From the NCBI GenBank assembly GCA_965247855.1, contig CBDFHZ010000003.1, forward strand, positions 116,914-180,913: 64,000 nucleotides of DNA, written 5' to 3'. The position numbers and the translations under genes were made by a program. The DNA comes from Ferruginibacter sp. GTDB lineage: Bacteria > Bacteroidota > Bacteroidia > Chitinophagales > Chitinophagaceae. Numbering within the stretch: position 1 is the stretch's first letter; every line of letters begins with the position of its first letter. Positions 47,318 through 56,855 of this stretch are shown piece by piece. The notes beneath the pieces were generated by a model. That model was not told the origin of the DNA and did not search any database. It saw nothing but the letters and a program-made list of their open reading frames with translations.

Positions 47318-47575
47318 TCAACTTAACTGACCTTTCAAAAAACCTTCTATCATGTTACAGGGCACAAGGAAGGGTTTTTCTGTGATATCAAAATTAAGTT
47401 CCTGTCCGCTGACGGTATATGAACCGATAACGGTGTTACCGAAAACACTCACATTGAAATTCCCGGAATTGGTATCCCCGGTAAAGGTGCCGCTTTGTGC
47501 TTCCACTGTTTTCTTTGCTTTGGCTAAAATTTCTTCAACAGGTTTTGTAAAAGAAATTGAAAAATTGCAGGACAT
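47318..47575 (-). CDS. Small hypothetical protein
   Basis: 85-aa ORF with no signal peptide, followed by its own terminator. Faint resemblance to small PHA-granule-region type proteins, not asserted. Confidence 0.55.
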   Translation of the reverse strand: MSCNFSISFTKPVEEILAKAKKTVEAQSGTFTGDTNSGNFNVSVFGNTVIGSYTVSGQELNFDITEKPFLVPCNMIEGFLKGQLS

Positions 47576-47656
47576 GTTCTGTAAATTTTTGTAATGAAAA
47601 AACCATTTCTCTGCAAAGAAATGGTTTTAAAAGTATTGTTGAAATAATATTTAGTA

Positions 47657-48139
47657 CTATTGGACCCTGCCGTCTTTTTTGTCTTTAGACCGACCGATGA
47701 CATAACCGCCACCGGCGCCAAGAACACCACCGATTATCGCGCCTTTACCTTTACCGATAACTGCACCGGCAACAGCACCGCCTACACCACCGATAACTGC
47801 ACCTTTCGCTGCTTTACTCCATCCTTTTTTCTGAGGAGCTGCGGCTGTTGATGAACCGCCGCCTGATGAGCTGTTACTTGCGGTAGAAGTATTTGAGCTT
47901 GAACTTGTTGTTCTTCGGGTTGAAGTTTTCGTACGTGCTACAGGCGCAGTTGTAACTGCAGGCGCAACCGCGACAGGCATTTTTGCAACACCTGTATCAC
48001 TCAGATAGCTACCTGCTGCTCTGGATGTATCTGTAAGTACGACTATGTTTTTATCCGTTTGCAGATCACTTTTTCCTTTACACGACGCAAATGCGATCGC
48101 TGCAAATATTATTACTGATAACTTTTTCATGACTTTCAA
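47657..48139 (-). CDS. Glycine-zipper lipoprotein with Ser/Thr-rich linker
   Basis: 160 aa, lipobox AFASC. Has an S/T-rich low-complexity segment and a C-terminal Gly-zipper GAVIGGVGGAVAGAVIGKGKGAIIGGVLGAGGGYVIG. Confidence 0.75.
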   Translation of the reverse strand: MKVMKKLSVIIFAAIAFASCKGKSDLQTDKNIVVLTDTSRAAGSYLSDTGVAKMPVAVAPAVTTAPVARTKTSTRRTTSSSSNTSTASNSSSGGGSSTAAAPQKKGWSKAAKGAVIGGVGGAVAGAVIGKGKGAIIGGVLGAGGGYVIGRSKDKKDGRVQ

Positions 48140-48272
48140 TTTAAATGAACAATTAGTTATCCCATATATGATAAAACTGTGCCAAAGCAGTTTTGATTAG
48201 TTAAAATAAATATTCGCCAACGCTAAAACACGTTTAATTTTGACGTTATAATTAGTACATCTTTATAATACG

Positions 48273-50504
48273 TTGCTTTACGCGAAACCATACCGCAATT
48301 TTATAAACGGCCGCTATTTTAGTGAAGGACTGCGAATGACGGCGGGCATCGCTTTGCCTGCATTTATATTCGGTTATTTTGATATGCTTGGAGCAGGCGT
48401 GGCGCTTTCTACCGGGGCGCTATGTGTAAGTGTGACAGACAGTGCAGGACCAATCCATCATCGTGCAAACGGCATGTTTTTATGCAATTTTATAGTTGCG
48501 CTTACCGCTATACTCACTTATGGCTGTTTGTATTCGGTTATCACTACATCTGCGGAAATATTATTGCTGGGGTTCGTATTTTCTATGTTGTCTGTGTATA
48601 ATGCGAGAGTTTCTTCCGTTGGCATCTCCGCTTTGCTGATCATGATCCTTTGCATGCAAACGCCACTGCAGGGAACGGATATTTTTATTCATGCATTTTA
48701 TTTATTCATCGGCGGGCTTTGGTATACGCTTTTTAGTTTGTTGTTGAACGCACTGAAACCTTACAAGATCATTCAGCAACTTTCCGGAGAATTTATTACC
48801 GGTGTGGCCGAATACCTGCGCACCCGCGCTTCTTTTTACGATGACCATCCGGATTATGAAGCAGTGTATAAAACATTATTGCAGCAGCAGGTAAAGATCC
48901 AATTGCAACAATCCGCGCTCAGCGAATTGCTTTTTAAAACAAGAGCGATAACACGCAACTCTACGAAAGAAGCACGTTCGCTTTTGAAGATCTACCTGGA
49001 CGTTTCCGATCTTTTTGAAAGTATCATGTCTGTCTATCAAAAGTATGATGTGCTGCACAAAAAATTTGACGAGACCGGAATTTTAGGAGAATACCGAAAC
49101 CAGCTTCTGGCATTATCCGAAGAGCTCGCAGAGATCGGTGATGCAGTGGGAGCGGGGAACGCATCTGTTTCCACGGACAGCAATAAGCAAAGTCTTCTCA
49201 GGGTTCGGGAAAAATTTGAAGTGCTGCGCAAAAGTTTCATGAGCGATAAGAATGTGGAAGATTTTATCGGTCTCGGAAGAATCTATAATAACATTCAGGG
49301 TTTAACTGATAAGATAGCAGGGCTGCATTATTATACCCGTTTTGAAAAGTCGCAACGCAATGATGACATTGAAAATGATCTGCAAAAATTCAATGAGGCA
49401 CAAACGATAGATGCAATTCCTTTTTTAAATAACCTCAATGCAAACTCAAGTATTTTCCGGCACGCATTAAGAGTGGCGATCTCATTGTTTGCGGGCTTTC
49501 TAATCTCTTTGTTCTTTAATATCGGCCACAGCTATTGGATTCTGTTAACGATCGTCGTAATCCTAAAACCCGCATATAGTCTCACGAAATCAAGGAATGC
49601 GGACAGATTATTCGGAACCCTCATCGGGATCTTCGGGGGCGTGGGGATCCTGTTTGCCGTAAAAAGCAATTTCTTTTTGCTCACGATCATGGTGATCTTC
49701 ATGGCGCTCGCTTACATGTTCATCCGAACAAAATATTTTATCAGTGTGTTGTTCATGACGATCTACCTGGTCATATTTTTTCACCTCATTTATCCCGGAA
49801 CGATAACCGCTGTTTTAAAAGATCGTTTGATTGATACAGGCATCGGGTCCGCGATCGCATTTTTGTCGAGTTTGTTCTTCGTCCCTTTATGGGAACATAC
49901 CGGCATCCGAAAACTGATGACAGACTCGTTGCAGCGGAGTATTGAGTATTACAAATGCCTTTCATCAAACTTCAACGGCGGATCGCCTTCGGCAAATGAT
50001 GATATTAAGCGATCCAGGCAATCTTCGCTTACGGCATTGGCGAATTTGTCAGATGCGTTTAATCGTATGTTATCTGAACCGAAGCGTTTTCAAAAGAATA
50101 CGGAAAGTATTTACCGTTTCGTGGTGCTCAATCATATTTTAAATTCTCATTTTGCGGCGCTTGCATTTTATATCAGTGAAAATAAAAAGATCTTTCAATC
50201 GGAAATATTCCTGCCGGTGATCAAAAAAACAAACGAACAATTTGAAGCGGCGATTTGGTTGCTGGAAATGAATGAAAACGTTGCAGTGCCTGATAGTAAC
50301 GGCATTTTGAGCCAACTTCATGAGCAGACAGGCGAATTATTAGCGCAAAGAAGAGCAGAAATAAGCGCCGGTAATCTGGAAACAGATATCAAAAAGAAGC
50401 TCATTTCCGCAAAATCCGTAACGGATCAGTTCACCTATATTTTTAATCTCTCGGGTGATATTTTAAAGAATGCGAATGAGTTGTCGTTGAACAGTGAGCG
50501 TTGA
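48273..50504 (+). CDS. FUSC/YccS family inner-membrane protein
   Basis: 743 aa with a TTG start. Two blocks of ~5 TM helices are separated by a long helical cytoplasmic region, the typical YccS/FUSC layout. Confidence 0.8.
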   Translation: MLYAKPYRNFINGRYFSEGLRMTAGIALPAFIFGYFDMLGAGVALSTGALCVSVTDSAGPIHHRANGMFLCNFIVALTAILTYGCLYSVITTSAEILLLGFVFSMLSVYNARVSSVGISALLIMILCMQTPLQGTDIFIHAFYLFIGGLWYTLFSLLLNALKPYKIIQQLSGEFITGVAEYLRTRASFYDDHPDYEAVYKTLLQQQVKIQLQQSALSELLFKTRAITRNSTKEARSLLKIYLDVSDLFESIMSVYQKYDVLHKKFDETGILGEYRNQLLALSEELAEIGDAVGAGNASVSTDSNKQSLLRVREKFEVLRKSFMSDKNVEDFIGLGRIYNNIQGLTDKIAGLHYYTRFEKSQRNDDIENDLQKFNEAQTIDAIPFLNNLNANSSIFRHALRVAISLFAGFLISLFFNIGHSYWILLTIVVILKPAYSLTKSRNADRLFGTLIGIFGGVGILFAVKSNFFLLTIMVIFMALAYMFIRTKYFISVLFMTIYLVIFFHLIYPGTITAVLKDRLIDTGIGSAIAFLSSLFFVPLWEHTGIRKLMTDSLQRSIEYYKCLSSNFNGGSPSANDDIKRSRQSSLTALANLSDAFNRMLSEPKRFQKNTESIYRFVVLNHILNSHFAALAFYISENKKIFQSEIFLPVIKKTNEQFEAAIWLLEMNENVAVPDSNGILSQLHEQTGELLAQRRAEISAGNLETDIKKKLISAKSVTDQFTYIFNLSGDILKNANELSLNSER

Positions 50505-50746
50505 TATTTTCACATGAATCTCAATGCGGACAGTATAACATGTAGCGATGTAGACTTGTACGATCCGAACTACCGTCGCGGGAATAGCAAGGGCAAATTT
50601 ATATCAGTAGCAAGGGCGGAAATAATTTCGGGGGCAGGATATTGATAAAAAACTGAGTATCCTTTACCTATAAAACACGAATGATGTACCGTGAATACAG
50701 CTGTGCAAGAATATTAAAAATCATAGCCATTATGATCATCCGGGTT

Positions 50747-52258
50747 CTATAATTTTATACCTATCAGCAGGCAAGCCAGACAGATCACGGTCAACATCAG
50801 CATCAAAGGCCATATAAATTTCCACCAGGCTTTGAGACTCACATTAACCAAGGCCAAAGAAGGTAGGATCAAGCCGGTGGGCGTTATGAAACCCATTATC
50901 CCCATCCCGAATAAATATGCATTTACAATCTCTCTTCCCGGCACATTTACCAGCATCGCCAGCGAACCCATGATCGGCATGGTAAGCACAGCCATGCCGG
51001 AAGAAGACGAAATGAATAAAGTAAAAATGATAAACATGAAAAACATCATCACGATAAACAAAGAAGAGGGCATTGTACTCACAGCCTGCGCCGCATAATA
51101 CACGATGGAATCACTGATCTTTCCATCATTTAAAATAATCGTCACGCCTCTTGCAACACCTACAATGAAAGCCACGCTCAATAAGGATTCTGCACCCTTA
51201 ATAAACTGACTGATAAATACACTTTCTTTCATACGGAGAATAACAGCGATCACAATGGCTGCGCCTAAAAATAATGCGGTCATTTCTATCAGCCCCCATT
51301 TAAGCCACACAACCCCTCCGATCATCGTAAGGAAAGTAGCCAGAAAAAGAAACAGTAATAAAGAATCTTTCGTGCTTAAAGGTATGCGCTCCGTTTCCGT
51401 GATATTCAATTCGGGGTAAACCGAATGTGCGATCCCGTCTGTGCGATACACCAAAGATTTTGTCGGATCTTTTTTTACTTTTTGTGCATACCGAACCGTG
51501 TACCAAATGGTGACGATGGTTGTAAGCACGAACATGATGATCCTTTCCCAAAGCCCGTCTTTCCAATTGATACCTGCAGCATTTGACGCTATAATCGCCG
51601 AGAAGGGATTGCTGAAAGAAGCCAGCGTACCCAATTGTGTACCGCCGAATATTACAATTACAGGAATGATCAGGTCATATCCCGCAGCTACAAAAACCGG
51701 CACCAACACCGCGTAAAACACCAATGCTTCTTCCGCCATACCATACGAAGCGCCGGCGAATGAGAACAGAAAAGTAAGTGTGATGATCAGCCACGCTTCT
51801 TTGCCTTTCATGCGGCAGGAGAGCGCTTTTAAGCCGCGTTCCATCGCACCGCTTTCATTGAACACATTCATAAAACCGCCGATCACAAGAATGAAAAATA
51901 CAATATCGATCGCATCATACATTCCTTTTATCGGTGCTTCAATGATCTGGATAAAACCCTGTTTATTGGAAGTTACTGTATGGTAAGAACCCGGGACAGA
52001 TACGGCTTTTTTTATGGAGCCGTCCTGAAATTTCTCCAACCTAATCTGAATATGTAAACTGTCAAGCGTATGCTGTGTAAGGGGTACGGCTACATCAACG
52101 GAATCATGATTTACCGAAAAACTACTGCCGGTATACTTTATCGTGTTATATTTTCCTGCAGGGATCAACCATGTACATATCGCGGCAAGCACTATAACGC
52201 CGGCCAAAATGGTGAGCGGTGACGGCAATCTTTTTTTATTCATTGCAGGTTTTTGCAA
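50747..52258 (-). CDS. yfcC: YfcC family (DcuC-like) transporter
   Basis: 503 aa, about 12 TM helices. Overall pattern of the YfcC/C4-dicarboxylate anaerobic carrier family. Confidence 0.8.
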   Translation of the reverse strand: MQKPAMNKKRLPSPLTILAGVIVLAAICTWLIPAGKYNTIKYTGSSFSVNHDSVDVAVPLTQHTLDSLHIQIRLEKFQDGSIKKAVSVPGSYHTVTSNKQGFIQIIEAPIKGMYDAIDIVFFILVIGGFMNVFNESGAMERGLKALSCRMKGKEAWLIITLTFLFSFAGASYGMAEEALVFYAVLVPVFVAAGYDLIIPVIVIFGGTQLGTLASFSNPFSAIIASNAAGINWKDGLWERIIMFVLTTIVTIWYTVRYAQKVKKDPTKSLVYRTDGIAHSVYPELNITETERIPLSTKDSLLLFLFLATFLTMIGGVVWLKWGLIEMTALFLGAAIVIAVILRMKESVFISQFIKGAESLLSVAFIVGVARGVTIILNDGKISDSIVYYAAQAVSTMPSSLFIVMMFFMFIIFTLFISSSSGMAVLTMPIMGSLAMLVNVPGREIVNAYLFGMGIMGFITPTGLILPSLALVNVSLKAWWKFIWPLMLMLTVICLACLLIGIKL

Positions 52259-52299
52259 TAAAAATATTGAATAAAGAAATAAGATAGTATTTTTCCTTT

Positions 52300-52776
52300 A
52301 TGAAGACCGCAACGGTAAAAGAAATAAAAACAGTATTGGAAAATACGCCGCCGTCAGTGCTTTTGCAGTACTGTCTGAGGTTGGTTAAATTTAAAAAAGA
52401 GAATAAAGAATTGCTTACCTACCTTTTATTTGAAGCAGGCAACGAAGCAGCCTATGTACAAAGCGTAAATGAATTATTGGGAGAACTTTTTCTTGACGTA
52501 AATAAGACCAATCTCTATTTCGCAAAAAAAACGATCCGCAAAATTGTAAGGACAGCCAACCGATATATCAAATACAGTGACGTGGACACAACAGAACCTG
52601 ACGTTCTGATCTTCGTATGCGAGAATATTTTAGCACTGAATATCAACCTTAAAAAAAATACAGCACTCCATAATCTATACCTTTCTCAGATAAAGAAAAT
52701 AAGGAAGGCTGTATCAGCTATGCATGAGGACATTCAGTACGATTATCTGAAAGTGGCGGAAGCACTTGAACTATAG
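52300..52776 (+). CDS. Hypothetical cytoplasmic protein
   Basis: 158-aa helical ORF, divergent from yfcC. No motif recognised. Confidence 0.65.
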   Translation: MKTATVKEIKTVLENTPPSVLLQYCLRLVKFKKENKELLTYLLFEAGNEAAYVQSVNELLGELFLDVNKTNLYFAKKTIRKIVRTANRYIKYSDVDTTEPDVLIFVCENILALNINLKKNTALHNLYLSQIKKIRKAVSAMHEDIQYDYLKVAEALEL

Positions 52777-52811
52777 GTGATCTGCTTAATCCGCAAACCA
52801 TCGCCCGCAAC

Positions 52812-53237
52812 CTACCCGTTCGGATTATCCCAAAAACTATAACCATAACTCACGTATTCCGTTTTATGTTCGTTTGTTTCGGGCCAATGATCCTTATCGA
52901 ATCCTGGTGCTTTTTGCAGTGTTTCTCTTGATTCATTAAAACGAAATACTTTTTCTTCAGCATCAACTGTAAGCAAACGTGCGGGGATAGCAAAAAACTT
53001 TTCGCCGATACCGAGAAAACCACCGAATTCAATGATGTAGTATTCAATTTTTCCGGTGCGGATATCGAGCATAATATCTTTGATCTTTCCCAGATGCTCG
53101 TCGCCATCATTCCTTACCCCGTCACCAATGATGGAGGTAGCAGTAAGGTATTTTAGTTCGGTATTAGCATTGGGGTCTGCACCTTCGAATTTGCCCGTTA
53201 CGTTGTCTTTAAATGAATCTTCAAGTTCGTTAGACAT
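52812..53237 (-). CDS. PRC-barrel domain protein
   Basis: 141 aa. PRC-barrel core (SIIGDGVRNDGDEHLGKIKDIMLDIRTGKIEYYIIEFGGFLGIGEKFFAIP). Confidence 0.8.
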   Translation of the reverse strand: MSNELEDSFKDNVTGKFEGADPNANTELKYLTATSIIGDGVRNDGDEHLGKIKDIMLDIRTGKIEYYIIEFGGFLGIGEKFFAIPARLLTVDAEEKVFRFNESRETLQKAPGFDKDHWPETNEHKTEYVSYGYSFWDNPNG

Positions 53238-53263
53238 GTTTTAAGGTTTTAAAGCTGATTGTA

Positions 53264-53312
53264 ATAAAAAAATCGTGAATCAGGATCAGGAAAAACCTGT
53301 GCTGATTCACGA
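53264..53312 (-). terminator. Rho-independent terminator of msrA
   Basis: Perfect 12-bp stem atcgtgaatcag/ctgattcacgat followed, on the minus strand, by tttttttatt. Confidence 0.85.
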
Positions 53313-53337
53313 TAATCAATCAATATACGTACCATTA

Positions 53338-53979
53338 TTATCCTTTGAAAGGACCTTTAAAATTCTTCTTAAACCTTAAAAAATCAGGGATGGAAACATT
53401 CTGCACGTAGCCATTTCCGGGGTTGTTGGAGATATATTCCTGGTGATAACTTTCGGCAGTATAGAACTTTGAGAACGGAACAACCTGCGTTACCACTTTG
53501 GCGCTGTATTTTTTTGAAGCATTAATCGCGGCGATCTTATCATCAATGATCTTCTTCTCATCTGCACTGCGATAGAATGCAATAGAACGATATTCAGTAC
53601 CCGCATCATTACCCTGTCTGTTTAGCTCCGTGGGATCCATGCTGGCAAAAAGTGCATCCACCAATTGCGAGAAAGAGATTTTCTTCGGATCATAATACAC
53701 GTTTACAGATTCAGCATGACCGGTGTTTCCTGATGCAACCTTGTCGTAAGTAGGGTTTGTTGTCGTTCCGCCGGCGTAGCCGGATACTGCGTCACGTACG
53801 CCTGCCAGACTTTGGAAAACGATCTCCGCATGCCAAAAACACCCTTCAGAGAATGTTGCTACCGCTTCGCCAGGAACAGGTGTCGTGGAAGTTGCCATCG
53901 GTATTTTCATGTTATTTTGACTATGACCGCATGAACAAAAAGCAACTGCGGCGATAAGTGTGATCATAAAACTTTTCAT
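53338..53979 (-). CDS. msrA: Peptide-methionine (S)-S-oxide reductase (exported)
   Basis: 213 aa with signal/lipobox AFCSC. MsrA active-site motif GCFWHAE. Confidence 0.93.
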   Translation of the reverse strand: MKSFMITLIAAVAFCSCGHSQNNMKIPMATSTTPVPGEAVATFSEGCFWHAEIVFQSLAGVRDAVSGYAGGTTTNPTYDKVASGNTGHAESVNVYYDPKKISFSQLVDALFASMDPTELNRQGNDAGTEYRSIAFYRSADEKKIIDDKIAAINASKKYSAKVVTQVVPFSKFYTAESYHQEYISNNPGNGYVQNVSIPDFLRFKKNFKGPFKG

Positions 53980-54101
53980 AATAAATATTTAGATATAAAA
54001 TTACGCAAAAGCGATACCGAAGGTTTGTTAACGCCTGTTAAAATACCTCACGAAATCCTGTCTTTTCGCCGGGATATACTTGTACATTAGCGGTTCATAA
54101 A

Positions 54102-55475
54102 ATGAAGCGCATGGGAAAAGTATTTGGATTGCTTATTTGTTTGTGTCTTTTGGTTTCTCAGGATATATCGGCACAGGCTACAAAGATGACGGCAAATGAA
54201 AAGGCAGAGATGGTTAAAAAAGTGAGAGAGGCCGCCCAACACGCATGGAACGGTTATAAAAAATATGCGACCGGTTTTGACGATCTCAAACCACTTACAA
54301 AAAAAGGAAAGAACTGGTATATAAGCACATTGCTGATGACACCGGTGGATGCTTACGACACTTTTGTATTACTTGGATTAGATTCCGCGGCCGCGGAAGC
54401 AAAACAGATGATCCTGCATGACCTCAATTTTAATTCTGACAATGAGATCCAGGTTTTTGAGATTACGATCCGTCAACTCGGCGGCCTGATCACGGCTTAT
54501 GAAAATACCGGAGAGCAACAATTTCTCACGTTGGCAAATGATCTGGGCGATCGTTTGATGCCGGCATTTAACACGCCCACAGGAATTCCTTATCGATATG
54601 TGCATTTGCAAACAGGCGCATTAAAAGATTCAATAAATAATCCCGCAGAAGTGGGAACGCTGATGTTGGAGTTTGGTAAACTTTCCAAACTCACGGGGAA
54701 GCCAACATATTACGATGCCGCTAAAAAGGCCATCATGGCGGTTTACAACAGAAGAAGTAAGATCGATCTTGTTGGAGAAAGGATAAATGCCCTTACGGGA
54801 GAATGGGTTGGAACGGAATCGCATATCAGCGGCTACATTGATTCTTACTACGAATATTTATGGAAGGCCTGGTTGCTTTTCGGTGATAAAGATTTTAAAG
54901 TTGCTTTTGAAACTCACAACAAAGCGATCAAAAAATATCTGTTGGCAAAAACGGCGAACGGAACATTCATGCGCCACGTAGATATGAATTCCGGAAAAGA
55001 GACCGCTACTTTGTATGGTGCGCTGGATGCATTTTACGCTGCACTTTGTGCTTATGCGGGCGATAAAAAAACTGCTGCGGCTATTCAGCAGGCAAATTAT
55101 TATATGTGGACGCATCACAACATGGAACCGGAAGAATTTGATTTTGCAAAAGATTCTGTCACTTCCGGTTATTACATCCTCCGCCCGGAAAATCTGGAAA
55201 GTGCATGGTACATGTATCACCTTACCGGCAAAGATGCATATGTGCAAATGGGTAAGAGAATGGTGACGGATATTTTAACCAACTGCAGAACAGACGAGGC
55301 TTTCGCTTCAATCAAAGATGTAAGGAAGTTAGAGAAGTTCAATTCGATGGAAAGCTTCTTTTTCGCAGAAACTTTAAAATATGCCTACCTGTTATTTGCG
55401 CCGCAAAATACCATCAATCTTAATAAAACAGTTTTCAATACAGAAGCACATCCTTTTAAAATTGTAAAACCTTGA
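54102..55475 (+). CDS. Glycoside hydrolase family 47 (class I alpha-1,2-mannosidase-like), secreted
   Basis: 457 aa with a signal peptide. GH47 signature blocks are all present: FEITIRQLGGLITAY, LEFGKLSKLTGK, DSYYEYLWKAW, YILRPENLESAWYMYHLTG, ESFFFAETLKYAYLLF. Confidence 0.9.
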   Translation: MKRMGKVFGLLICLCLLVSQDISAQATKMTANEKAEMVKKVREAAQHAWNGYKKYATGFDDLKPLTKKGKNWYISTLLMTPVDAYDTFVLLGLDSAAAEAKQMILHDLNFNSDNEIQVFEITIRQLGGLITAYENTGEQQFLTLANDLGDRLMPAFNTPTGIPYRYVHLQTGALKDSINNPAEVGTLMLEFGKLSKLTGKPTYYDAAKKAIMAVYNRRSKIDLVGERINALTGEWVGTESHISGYIDSYYEYLWKAWLLFGDKDFKVAFETHNKAIKKYLLAKTANGTFMRHVDMNSGKETATLYGALDAFYAALCAYAGDKKTAAAIQQANYYMWTHHNMEPEEFDFAKDSVTSGYYILRPENLESAWYMYHLTGKDAYVQMGKRMVTDILTNCRTDEAFASIKDVRKLEKFNSMESFFFAETLKYAYLLFAPQNTINLNKTVFNTEAHPFKIVKP

Positions 55476-56851
55476 ACGAAATTTCACTGAATAATATTGA
55501 CAACATTTTTTTTATCGGCGTGGCCGGAACCGGAATGAGTGCATTGGCGCAATTTCTTGGCGGCGAAGGAAAACAGGTAAGCGGAAGTGACCGTTATTTT
55601 GTACAGGGCGAATACAACGAAACGAAAGAGAAACTGGAAGCGGAAGGAATACAATGTTTTCCGCAGAACGGAGAAGGAATTACATCGTCAGTTCAGCTCG
55701 TTATCGTTTCTACAGCAGTTGAAGATACGGTTCCGGAAGTGCAGCAGGCGAAGCAATTGAATATTCCGATCATCAAAAGAAGTGATCTGTTGGCGATGAT
55801 CGCCGCTACAAAAAGAACGATCGCCGTTGGCGGAACTTCGGGCAAAAGCACGACAGGGGGCATGCTGTTTCAGATCCTGGAACACGCAGGCTATGATCCG
55901 GGAATTATAAGCGGGGCCGGGCTTGTGAGCATTATCCGCAAAGGTAAGATCGGTAATGCAAAAGTAGGAAAGGGAGAGTGGCTCGTGATCGAAGCCGATG
56001 AAAGTGACGGTTCTATTGTAAAATATCATCCCGAGATTGGATTATTGTTAAACATAGATAAAGATCATCAGGAGATTACGGAACTGAATGAGATCTTCAC
56101 GACATTCCGCGCCAACACAGCCGGGAAATTTGTTGTCAATCGTTCGAATGTTTTATCCGCTGCATTATCAAATAACATCGCGAATGATTTTTCATCTGAT
56201 GAAAACGAAGCAGGATTTGTTGCCAAAGAACTGCAGCAAAGCGGTATGAACATTAACTTTAGAATTAATGATGTTCCGTTTCATCTAAAGACGATCGGTA
56301 AACACAATATGGAGAATGCTTTAGCTGCTGCAACTGTTGCAAGCCTGATCGGTATTCCGCTGGAAACATCAGCAGAGGCCCTGCAGCAGTACGAAGGCAT
56401 TTACCGCAGGCATCAATTGCTTGGCGAAAAAAAAGGAATAATCGTACTGGATGATTATGCGCACAATCCTGCTAAATGTGCGGCTTCCATTAGGGCATGT
56501 CAACATTTAGCGCCGAAAGTTATCGCCTGGTTTCAGCCGCACGGTTACGGACCGACAAGATTTTTAAAAAATGATTTTGTAAAAGAGATCTCACATGCGT
56601 TGAGGCCGGAAGATGAGATTTGGATGAGCGAGATCTTTTATGCCGGCGGAACAGCGGTAAAAGATATTTCATCAAACGATCTCATTCAGGAAATAAACGC
56701 AACAGGTAAGCATGGATTTTTTGCAGACAACAGAAATGAGCTGTTGGATGAAATGCGTTCGCACTTTACGGAAAATTGCGTGCTCTTATTAATGGGTGCA
56801 AGAGATCCCGGATTGGAAACATTCAGTAAAAATTTATTCGAAAAAATATAA
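55472..56851 (+). CDS. Mur ligase family protein (MurC/Mpl-like paralogue)
   Basis: 459 aa. The TTG start overlaps the GH47 stop (TTGA). N-terminal FIGVAGTGMSALAQFL, P-loop GGTSGKSTT, EADESDGS and NIDKDH motifs. Confidence 0.85.
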   Translation: MNEISLNNIDNIFFIGVAGTGMSALAQFLGGEGKQVSGSDRYFVQGEYNETKEKLEAEGIQCFPQNGEGITSSVQLVIVSTAVEDTVPEVQQAKQLNIPIIKRSDLLAMIAATKRTIAVGGTSGKSTTGGMLFQILEHAGYDPGIISGAGLVSIIRKGKIGNAKVGKGEWLVIEADESDGSIVKYHPEIGLLLNIDKDHQEITELNEIFTTFRANTAGKFVVNRSNVLSAALSNNIANDFSSDENEAGFVAKELQQSGMNINFRINDVPFHLKTIGKHNMENALAAATVASLIGIPLETSAEALQQYEGIYRRHQLLGEKKGIIVLDDYAHNPAKCAASIRACQHLAPKVIAWFQPHGYGPTRFLKNDFVKEISHALRPEDEIWMSEIFYAGGTAVKDISSNDLIQEINATGKHGFFADNRNELLDEMRSHFTENCVLLLMGARDPGLETFSKNLFEKI

Positions 56852-56855
56852 TGTG

